Assembly (NCBI GenBank): GCA_964016885.1
Contig: OZ024741.1
Span: forward strand, 22,444,001 to 22,508,000
Length of the DNA: 64,000 nt
Direction: 5' to 3'
From: Eledone cirrhosa
Taxonomy: Eukaryota
The notes under the pieces are model-generated. The model did not search any database, was not told where the DNA came from, and saw only the letters and a list, made by a program, of their open reading frames with translations. The stretch's first letter is position 1; each line of letters starts with the position of its first letter. Position numbers and translations under genes: made by a program. Of this stretch, positions 47,901 to 59,011 are shown one piece after another.

Positions 47901-50900
47901 AGACACTGTCTATGTCATTAACTCTTTCATTACCATATTTCTAATAAAAGACACTACCTATGTCATTAACCCTTTCATTACCATATTTATAATGAAAGAC
48001 ACCGTCTATTGCATTAACCCTTTCATTACCATATTTCTAATGAAAGACACTGTTATATCATTAACCCTTTCATTACCATATGTCTAATGAAAGACACTGC
48101 CTATGTCATTAACCCTTTCATTACCATATTTCTAATGAAAGACACTGCCTATGTCATTAACCCTTTCATTACCATATTTCTAATGAAAGACACTGTCTAT
48201 GTCATTAACCCTTTCATTACCATATTTATAATGAAAGACACTGCCTATGTCATTAACCCTTTCTTTACCATATGTCTAATGAAAGACACTGCCTATGTCA
48301 TTAACCCTTTCATTACAATATTTCTAATGAAAGAGACTGTCTATGTCGTTAACCCTTTCATTACCATATCTCTACTGAAAGACACTGTCTATATCATTAA
48401 CCCTTTCATTACCATATTTCTAATGAAAGACACTATCTATGTCATTAACCCTTTCGTTACCATATTTCTAATGAATGACACTAGCTATGTCATTAACCCT
48501 TTCATTACCATATTTCTAATGAAAGACACTACCTATGTCATTAACCCTTTCATTACCATATTTCTAATGAAAGACACTGTCTATGTCATTAACCCTTTCA
48601 TTACCATATTTCTAATGAAAGACACTGTCTATGTCATTAACCCTTTCATTACCATATTTCTAATGAAAGACACTGTCTATGTCATTAACCCTTTCATTAC
48701 CATATTTCTAATGAAAGACACTACCTATGTCATTAACCCTTTCATTACCATATTTCTAATGAAAGACACTACCTATGTCATTAACCCTTTCATTACCATA
48801 TTTCTAATGAAAGACACTGTCTATGTCATTAACCCTTTCATTACCATATTTCAAATGAAAGACACTACCTATGTCATTAACCCTTTCATTACCATATTTC
48901 TAATGAAAGACACTACCTATGTCATTAACCCTTTCATTACCATATTTCTAATGAAAGACACTGTCTATGTCATTAACCCTTTCATTACCATATTTCTAAT
49001 AAAAGACACTACCTATGTCATTAACCCTTTCATTACCATATTTATAATGAAAGACACTGTCTATTGCATTAACCCTTTCATTACCATATTTCTAATGAAA
49101 GACACTGCCTATGTCATTAACCCTTTCATTACCATATTTCTAATGAAAGACACTGTCTATGTCATTAACCCTTTCATTACCATATTTATAATGAAAGACA
49201 CTGCCTATGTCATTAACCCTTTCTTTACCATATGTCTAATGAAAGACACTGCCTATGTCATTAACCCTTTCATTACAATATTTCTAATGAAAGAGACTGT
49301 CTATGTCATTAACCCTTTCATTACCATATGTCTACTGAAAGACACTGTCTATATCATTAACCCTTTCATTACCATATTTCTAATAAAAGACACTGTCTAT
49401 GTCATTAACCCTTTCATTACCATATTTATAATGAAAGACACTGCCTATGTCATTAACCCTTTCTTTACCATATGTCTAATGAAAGACACTGCCTATCTCA
49501 TTAACCCTTTCATTACAATATTTCTAATGAAAGAGACTGTCTATGTCATGAACCCTTTCATTACAATATGTCTACTGAAAGACACTGTCTATGTCATTAA
49601 CCCTTTCATTACCATATTTCTAATGAATGACACTAGCTATGTCATTAACCCTTTCATTACCATATTTCTAATGAAAGACACTACCTATGTCATTAACCCT
49701 TTCATTACCATATTTCTAATGAAAGACACTGTCTATGTCATTAACCCTTTCATTACCATATTTCTAATGAAAGACACTGTCTATGTCATTAACCCTTTCA
49801 TTACCATATTTCTAATGAAAGACACTGTCTATGTCATTAACCCTTTCATTACCATATTTCTAATGAAAGACACTACCTATGTCATTAACCCTTTCATTAC
49901 CATATTTCTAATGAAAGACACTACCTATGTCATTAACCCTTTCATTACCATATTTCTAATGAAAGACACTGTCTATGTCATTAACCCTTTCATTACCATA
50001 TTTCTAATAAAAGACACTACCTATGTCATTAACCCTTTCATTACCATATTTATAATGAAAGACACTGTCTATTGCATTAACCCTTTCATTACCATATTTC
50101 TAATGAAAGACACTGCCTATGTCATTAACCCTTTCATTACCATATTTCTAATGAAAGACACTGTCTATGTCATTAACCCTTTCATTACCATATTTATAAT
50201 GAAAGACACTGCCTATGTCATTAACCCTTTCTTTACCATATGTCTAATGAAAGACACTGCCTATGTCATTAACCCTTTCATTACAATATTTCTAATGAAA
50301 GAGACTGTCTATGTCATTAACCCTTTCATTACCATATCTCTACTGAAAGACACTGTCTATATCATTAACCCTTTTATTACCATATTTCTAATGAAAGACA
50401 CTATCTATGTCATTAACCCTTTCGTTACCATATTTCTAATGAATGACACTAGCTATGTCATTAACCCTTTCATTACCATATTTCTAATGAAAGACACTAC
50501 CTATGTCATTAACCCTTTCATTACCATATTTCTAATGAAAGACACTGTCTATGTCATTAACCCTTTCATTACCATATTTCTAATGAAAGACACTGTCTAT
50601 GTCATTAACCCTTTCATTACCATATTTATAATGAAAGACACTGTCTATGTCATTAACCCTTTCATTACCATATTTCTAATGAAAGACACTACCTATGTCA
50701 TTAACCCTTTCATTACCATATTTCTAATGAAAGACACTACCTATGTCATTAAACCTTTCATTACCATATTTCTAATGAAAGACACTGTCTATGTCATTAA
50801 CCCTTTCATTACCATATTCCTAATAAAAGACACTACCTATGCCATTAACCCTTTCATTACCATATTACTAATGAAAGACACTACCTATGTCATTAACCCT

Positions 50901-53900
50901 TTCATTACCATATTTCTAATGAAAGACACTACCTATGTCATTAACCCTTTCATTACCATATTTCAAATGAAAGACACTACCTATGTCATTAACCCTTTCA
51001 TTACCATATTTCTAATGAAAGACACTGTCTATGTCATTAACCCTTTCATTACCATATTTCTAATGAAAGACACTACCTATGTCATTAACCCTTTCATTTC
51101 CATATTTCTAATGAAAGACACTATCTATGTCATTAACCCTTTCATTACCATATTTATAATGAAAGACACTGTCTATTGCATTAACCCTTTCATTACCATA
51201 TTTCTAATGAAAGACACTGCCTATGTCATTAACCCTTTCATTACCATATTTATAATGAAAGACACTGCCTATGTCATTAACCCTTTCATTACCATATTTC
51301 TAATGAAAGACACTGTCTATGTCATTAACCCTTTCATTACCATATTTATAATGAAAGAGACTGCCTATGTCATTAACCCTTTCATTACCATATGTCAAAT
51401 GAAAGACACTGCCTATGTCATTAACCCTTTCATTACCATATTTATAATGAAAGACACTGCCTATGTCATTAACCCTTTCATTACCATATTTCTAATGAAA
51501 GACACTGTCTATGTCATTAACCCTTTCATTACCATATTTATAATGAAAGAGACTGTCTATGTCATTAACCCTTTCATTACCATATGTCTACTGAAAGACA
51601 CTGTCTATATCATTAACCCTTTCATTACCATATTTCTAATGAAAGACACTATCTATGTCATTAACCCTTTTGTTACCATATTTCTAATGAATGACACTAG
51701 CTATGTCATTAACCCTTTCATTACAATATTTCTAATGAAAGACACTACCTATGTCATTAACCCTTTCATTACCATATTTCTAATGAAAGACACTGTCTAT
51801 GTCATTAACCCTTTCATTACCATATTTCTAATGAAAGACGCTGTCTATGTCATTAACCCTTTCATTACCATATTTCTAATGAAAGACACTGTCTATGTCA
51901 TTAACCCTTTCATTACCATATTCCTAATAAAAGACACTACCTATGTCATTAAACCTTTCATTACCATATTTATAATGAAAGACACTGTCTATTGCATTAA
52001 CCCTTTCATTACCATATTTCTAATGCAAGACACTACCTATGTCATTACCCCTTTCATTACCATATTTCTAACGAAAGACACTGTCTATGTCATTATCTCT
52101 TTCATTACCATATTTCTAATGAAAGACACTGTCTATGTCATTAACCCTTTCATTACCATATGTCTAATGAAAGACACTACATATGTTCTTAACCCTTTCA
52201 TTACCATATTTCTAATGAAAGACACTACCTATGTCATTAACCCTTTCATTACCATATTTCTAATGAAAGACACTGTCTATGTCATTAACCCTTTCATTAC
52301 CATATTTCTAATGAAAGACACTACCTATGTCATTAACCCTTTCATTACCATATTTATAATGAAAGACACTGTCTATTGCATTAACCCTTTCATTACCATA
52401 TTTCTAATGAAAGACACTGTCTATATCATTAACCCTTTCATTACCATATGTCTAATGAAAGACACTTCCTATGTCATTAACCCTTTCATTACCATATTTC
52501 TAATGAAAGACACTGTCTATGTCATTAACCCTTTCATTACCATATTTCTAATAAAAGACACTACCTATTTCATTAACCCTTTCATTACCATATTTCTAAT
52601 GAAAGACACTGTCTATTGCATTAACCCTTTCATTACCATATTTCTAATGAAAGACACTGCCTATGTCATTTACCCTTTCATTACCATATTTATAATGAAA
52701 GACACTGCCTATGTCATTAACCCTTTCATTACCATATTTCTAATAAAAGACACTGTGTATGTCATTAACCCTTTCATTACCATATTTCTAATAAAAGACA
52801 CTGTCTATGTTGTTTATCCCTTCATTACCATATTTCTAATGAAAGACACTACCTAACTCATTAACCCTTTCATTTCCATATTTCTAATGAAAGACACTAT
52901 CTATGTCATTAACCCTTTCATTACCATATTTATAATGAAAGACACTGTCTATTGCATTAACCCTTTCATTACCATATTTCTAATGAAAGACACTGCCTAT
53001 GTCATTAACCCTTTCATTACCATATATTCCTAATGAAAGACACTGTCTATGTCATTAACCCTTTCATTACCATATTTATAATGAAAGACACTGCCTATGT
53101 CATTAACCCTTTCATTACCATATTTCTAATAAAAGACACTGTGTATGTCATTAACCCTTTCATTACCATATTTCTAATAAAAGACACTACCTATGTCATT
53201 AACCCTTTCATTACCATATTTATAATGAAAGACACTGTCTATTGCATTAACCCTTTCATTACCATATTTCTAATGAAAGACACTGCCTATGTCATTAACC
53301 CTTTCATTACCATATTTCTAATGAAAGACACTGTCTATGTAATTAACCCTTTCATTACCATATTTATAATGAAAGACACTGCCTATGTCATTAACCCTTT
53401 CATTTCCATATGTCTAATGAAAGACACTGCCTATGTCATTAACCCTTTCATTACCATATTTCTAATGAAAGACACTGTCTATTGCATTAACCCTTTCATT
53501 ACAATATTTCTAATGAAAGAGACTGTCTATGCCATTAACCCTTTCATTACCATATGTCTACTGAAAGACACTGTCTATGTCATTAACCCTTTCATTACTA
53601 TATTTCTAATGAAAGACACTATCTATGTCATTAACCCTTTCATTACCATATTTCTAATGAATGACACTAGCTATGTCATTAACCCTTTCATTACCATATT
53701 TCTAATGAAAGACACTGTCTATTGCATTAACCCTTTCATTACCATATTTCTAATGAAAGACACTGTCTATGTCATTAACCCTTTCATTACCATATTTCTA
53801 ATGAAAGACACTACCTATGTCATTAACCCTTTCATTACCATATTTCTAATGAAAGACACTACCTATGTTATTAACCCTTTCATTACCATATTTCTAATGA

Positions 53901-56900
53901 AAGACACTACCTATGTCATTAACCCTTTCATTACCATATTTCTAATGAAAGACACTGTCTATGTCATTAACCCTTTCATTACCATATTTGTAATGAAAGA
54001 CACTGTCTATGTCATTAACCCTTTCATTACCATATTTCTAATGAAAGACACTATCTATGTCATTAACCCTTTCATTACCATATTTCTAATGAATGACACT
54101 GTCTATGTCATTAACCCTTTCATTACCATATTTCTAATGAAAGACACTACCTATGTCATTAACCCTTTCATTACCATATTTCTAATGAAAGACACTACCT
54201 ATGTCATTAACCCTTTCATTACCATATTTCTAATGAAAGACACTACCTATGTCATTAACCCTTTCATTACCATATTTCTAATGAAAGACACTACCTATGT
54301 CATTAACCCTTTCATTACCATATTTCTAATGAAAGACACTACCTATGTCATTAACCCTTTCATTACCATATTTCTAATGAAAGACACTGTCTATGTCATT
54401 AACCCTTTCATTACCATATTCCTAATAAAAGACACTACCTATGTCATTAACCCTTTCATTACCATATTTATAATGAAAGACACTGTCTATTGCATTAACC
54501 CTTTCATTACCATATTTCTAATGAAAGACACTACCTATGTCATTAACCCTTTCATTACCATATTTCTAATGAAAGACACTGTCTATGTCATTAACCCTTT
54601 CATTACCATATTTGTAATGAAAGACACTGTCTATGTCATTAACCCTTTCATTACCATATTTCTAATGAAAGACACTACCTATGCCATTAACCCTTTCATT
54701 ACCATATTTCTAATGAAAGACACTACCTATGTCATTAACCCTTTCATTACCATATTTCTAATGAAAGACACTAACTATGTCATTAACCCTTTCATTACCA
54801 TATTTCAAATGAAAGACACTGTCTATTGCATTAACCCTTTCATTACCATATTTATAATGAAAGACACTGCCTATGTCATTAACCCTTTCTTTACCATATG
54901 TCTAATGAAAGACACTACCTATGTCATTAACCCTTTCATTACCATATTTCAAATGAAAGACACTACCTATGTCATTAACCCTTTCATTACCATATTTCTA
55001 ATGAAAGACACTGTCTATGTCATTAACCCTTTCATTACCATATTTCTAATGAAAGACACTACCTATGTCATTAACCCTTTCATTTCCATATTTCTAATGA
55101 AAGACACTATCTATGTCATTAACCCTTTCATTACCATATTTATAATGAAAGACACTGTCTATTGCATTAACCCTTTCATTACCATATTTCTAATGAAAGA
55201 CACTGCCTATGTCATTAACCCTTTCATTACCATATTTCTAATGAAAGACACTGTCTATGTCATTAACCCTTTCATTACCATATTTCTAATGAAAGACACT
55301 ACCTATGTCATTAACCCTTTCATTACCATATTTATAATGAAAGACACTGTCTATTGCATTAACCCTTTCATTACCATATTTCTAATGAAAGACACTGTCT
55401 ATATCATTAACCCTTTCATTACCATATGTCTAATGAAAGACACTGCCTATGTCATTAACCCTTTCATTACAATATTTCTAATGAAAGAGACTGTCTATGT
55501 CATTAACCCTTTCATTACCATATGTCTATTGAAAGACACTACCTATGTCATTAACCCTTTCATTACCATATTTCTAATGAAAGACACTGTCTATGTCATT
55601 AACCCTTTCATTACCATATTTCTAATAAAAGACACTACCTATGTCATTAACCCTTTCATTACCATATTTATAATGAAAGACAATGTCTATTGCATTAACC
55701 CTTTCATTACCATATTTCTAATGAAAGACACTGTCTATGTCATTAACCCTTTCATTACCATATTTCTAATGAAAGACACTGCCTATGTCATTAACCCTTT
55801 CATTACCATATTTCTAATAAAAGACACTGTGTATGTCATTAACCCTTTCATTACCATATTTCTAATAAAAGACACTGTCTATGTTGTTTATCCCTTCATT
55901 ACCATATTTCTAATGAAAGACACTACCTATGTCATTAACCCTTTCATTTCCATATTTCTAATGAAAGACACTATCTATGTCATTAACCCTTTCATTACCA
56001 TATTTCTAATGAATGACACTAGCTCTGTCATTAACCCTTTCATTACCATATTTCTAATGAAAGACACTGTCTATGTCATTAACTCTTTCATTACCATATT
56101 TCTAATGAAAGACACTACCTATGCCATTAACCCTTTCATTACCATATTTCTAATGAAAGACACTACCTATGTCATTAACCCTTTCATTACCATATTTCTA
56201 ATGAAAGACACTACCTATGTCATTAACCCTTTCATTACCATATTTCAAATGAAAGACACTACCTATGTCATTAACCCTTTCATTACCATATTTCTAATGA
56301 AAGACACTGTCTATTGCATTAACCCTTTCATTACCATATTTCTAATGCAAGACACTACCTATGTCATTACCCCTTTCATTACCATATTTCTAATGAAAGA
56401 CACTGTCTATGTCATTAACCCTTTCATTACCATATTTCTAATGAAAGACACTGTCTATTTCATTAACCCTTTCATTACCATATTTCTAATGAAAGACACT
56501 GTCTATTTCATTAACCCTTTCATTACCATATTTCTAATGAAAGACACTGTCTATGTCATTAACCCTTTCATTACCATATTTCTAATGAAAGACACTACCT
56601 ATGTCATTAACCCTTTCATTACCATATTTCTAATGAAAGACACTGTCTATGTCATTAACCCTTTCATTACCATATTTCTAATGAAAGACACTGTCTATGT
56701 CATTAACCCTTTCATTACCATATGTCTAATGAAAGACACTACATATGTTCTTAACCCTTTCATTACCATATTTCTAATGAAAGACACTACCTATGTCATT
56801 AACCCTTTCATTACCATATTTCTAATGAAAGACACTACCTATGTCATTAACCCTTTCATTACCATATTTCTAATGAAAGACACTGTCTATGTCATTAACC

Positions 56901-57109
56901 CTTTCATTACCATATTTCTAATGAAAGACACTGTCTATGTCATTAACCCTTTCATTACCATATTTCTAATGAAAGACACCGTCTATGTCATTAACCCTTT
57001 CATTACCATATTTCTAATGAAAGACACTACCTATGTCATTAACCCTTTCATTACCATATTTCTAATGAAAGACACTGCCTATGTCATTAACCCTTTCATT
57101 ACCATATTT

Positions 57110-57391
57110 CAAGTGAAAGACACTACATATGTTCTTAACCCTTTCATTACCATATTTCAAGTGAAAGACACTACATATGTTCTTAACCCTTTCATTACCA
57201 TATTTCAAGTGAAAGACACTACATATGTTCTTAACCCTTTCATTACCATATTTCAAGTGAAAGACACTACATATGTTCTTAACCCTTTCATTACCATATT
57301 TCAAGTGAAAGACACTACATATGTTCTTAACCCTTTCATTACCATATTTCAAGTGAAAGACACTACATATGTTCTTAACCCTTTCATTACC
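57110..57391. repeat. Terminal run of six near-identical variant monomers (CAAGTGAAAGACACTACATATGTTCTTAACC...)
   Basis: CAAGTGAAAG occurs at 57110, 57158, 57206, 57254, 57302 and 57350, and I did not see it elsewhere in the array. Confidence 0.92.
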
Positions 57392-57540
57392 ATGTCTCTA
57401 ATGAAAAACACTACCTATGTTGTTTAACCATTTCATCACTATACTTTTGCTCTGAAAGGTTGTGTACCCCTTTCAATACCATATTTCCTATGAAACACAC
57501 TGTTGATGAGTTTCAATTTATTCCAATTAATTTTGATGAT

Positions 57541-57778
57541 TGCATGGGTTTAATAGGTTATCATGTCCTGAAGTTAGACAGAACAGCTGAACACATCTTG
57601 CTCATATGCTCCATTTTGGGATTGATTTCTATAGCTGGACGCCCTTCCTAACACCAACATCTTTTCAGCCGGTACTGGGAGTATTTTACTGCGGCACCAG
57701 CACTATCATCTTACATGGTTGACTGGGTACTTTTTCTCATAGCATCAGCATTACTACTTTACAGGGTGGGCTGGGGGA
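57541..57778 (-). mobile_element. Diverged interspersed-repeat (SINE-like) fragment, minus-strand copy
   Basis: The reverse complement reads ..gtgctggtgccgcagtaaaatactcccagt..gttggtgttaggaagggcgtccagctatagaaatcaatcccaaaatggagcatatg..ctaacttcaggacatgataacctattaaacccatgca, which aligns with the plus copy at 57950-58270. The SINE label is an inference from recalled similarity, not a database result. Confidence 0.6.
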
Positions 57779-57949
57779 TATTAACAAAAGTCTCTTTGAC
57801 TGTTGTAACTTAAGGGCTACTCTGACTCATTAGGCTGTAGTTTTCTTGCCTTCATGTGTGTGTAGTTGATTGTCAATTTTACTAACTGCTCAATGGCAGA
57901 TTATGAGCAGGGGTTGAGTTGGCTGTAACAAGGGGCCCCAAATTAGTTT

Positions 57950-58270
57950 GTGCTGGTGCCACAATCAAATGTATCAAGCCCACTCTGTAAAGTGGTAGTG
58001 ATGGTCCCATGATAACATTTATCCAGTCCATCTTGTCAAGTGGTAGAGCTGGTACCACAATAAAACAACACCCAGTTCAGTTTGTCAGCCAGTGCTATGA
58101 TAAAATAAACCCGGTGTATCCTGTGATGGAGTTGACATTAGGAAGGGTATGAATCCATAGAAACCATGCCAGAATGGAGCACATGGGTGGGACACTATCA
58201 TCTGACTTACCTAGCTTCAGAACATGACAACCCACCAAACCCATGTAAACATGGAAAATAGATGTAAAAT
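57950..58270 (+). mobile_element. Diverged interspersed-repeat (SINE-like) fragment, plus-strand copy with internal ~48-bp subrepeats
   Basis: Contains gttgacattaggaagggtatgaatccatagaaaccatgccagaatggagcacatg and ctagcttcagaacatgacaacccaccaaacccatgta, homologous to the minus copy. Degenerate subunits start at 57950, 57998 and 58046. Confidence 0.6.
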
Positions 58271-58310
58271 TGTGAAACCATATGTAAGGATTCTGATGAA
58301 ATATTCAGGT

Positions 58311-59011
58311 AGGGGCCCCATGTCAGCTTCAACTCTGTCCCTGTCATTGTCAGAGACCCTATGTCAGCTTGAACCCTTCCCCTGTAACTGTCAGGGACCC
58401 TATGTAAGCTCGAACCCTGTCCCTGTAACTGTCAGGGACTGCATGTAAGCTCGAACCCTGTCCCTGTAACTGTCAGGGACTCCATGTAAGCTCGAACCCT
58501 GTCCCTGTAACTGTCAGGGACTCCATGTAAGCTCGAACCCTGTCCCTGTAACTGTCAGGGACTCCATGTAAGCTCGAACCCTGTCCCTGTAACTGTCAGG
58601 GACTCCATGTAAGCTCGAACCCTGTCCCTGTAACTGTCAGGGACTCCATGTAAGCTCGAACCCTGTCCCTGTAACTGTCAGGGACTCCATGTAAGCTCGA
58701 ACCCTGTCCCTGTAACTGTCAGGGACTCCATGTAAGCTCGAACCCTGTCCCTATAACTGTCAGGGACTCCATGTAAGCTCGAACCCTGTCCCTGTAACTG
58801 TCAGGGACTCCATGTAAGCTCGAACCCTGTCCCTGTAACTGTCAGGGACTCCAGGTAAGCTCGAACCCTGTCCCTGTAACTGTCAGGGACTCCATGTAAG
58901 CTCGAACCCTGTCCCTGTAACTGTCAGGGACTCCATGTAAGCTCGAACCCTGTCCCTGTAACTGTCAGGGACTCCATGTAAGCTCGAACCCTGTCCCTGT
59001 AACTGTCAGGG
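58311..59011. repeat. 41-bp satellite, subfamily A (about 17 copies, first 2-3 degenerate)
   Basis: Consensus CTCCATGTAAGCTCGAACCCTGTCCCTGTAACTGTCAGGGA, period 41 (catgtaag at 58442 and 58483). Internal copies are nearly identical. Confidence 0.97.

Larger units (their letters stand above)
1953..48086. repeat. Core zone marked by 42 copies of a 47-bp deletion monomer
   Basis: The variant ATGAAAGACACTGTTATATCATTAACCCTTTCATTACCATATGTCTA (one C lost) precedes each ORF-track junction from 2000 to 48087. I count 42 junctions, each ORF ending in ..SLTLSL(P/S)YV. Confidence 0.95.
1..57505. repeat. 48-bp tandem satellite array, about 1,200 monomers, open at the left window edge
   Basis: Continuous head-to-tail copies of ATGAAAGACACTGTCTATGTCATTAACCCTTTCATTACCATATTTCTA with a 48-bp period and a few substitutions per copy. 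The main polymorphism is GTC/ACC/GCC after GACACT. Copies are well conserved to ~57,400 and degenerate to ~57,505. No strand switch was seen. Confidence 0.99.

Noticed and set aside
57062-57352. 96-aa minus-strand ORF (KYGNERVKNICSVFHL repeat)
   Set aside because: A by-product of the terminal variant run, which removes the minus-strand stop codon.
1-57400. Telomeric repeat (TAACCCT in each monomer)
   Set aside because: Only a single 7-nt match per 48 bp and never tandem. It is better explained by the TTAA|CCCT motif or by chance.
1-57400. Three TAATGA/TCATTA homeodomain-like sites per monomer as a regulatory array
   Set aside because: Short AT-rich motifs in an AT-rich repeat, with no evidence of binding obtainable from sequence alone.
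34-57427. Long plus-strand ORFs as real repeat-protein genes
   Set aside because: They have no unique N- or C-terminal domain. The open frame follows from a 48-bp monomer that rarely mutates to a stop, most variants are non-synonymous, and ORF ends are set by one recurrent deletion.
57950-58045. Spacer 48-bp subrepeat as the ancestor of the main 48-bp satellite
   Set aside because: Same period, but I could see no sequence similarity on either strand.
57931-58320. 10-bp direct repeat AGGGGCCCCA (57931 and 58311) as a target-site duplication
   Set aside because: It does not abut the apparent element ends, and the second copy fits a degenerate 41-bp satellite unit, so it cannot be supported.
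57460-58448. Short ORFs 57460-57651 and 58224-58448
   Set aside because: Short, with no recognisable motif, and overlapping decayed repeats.
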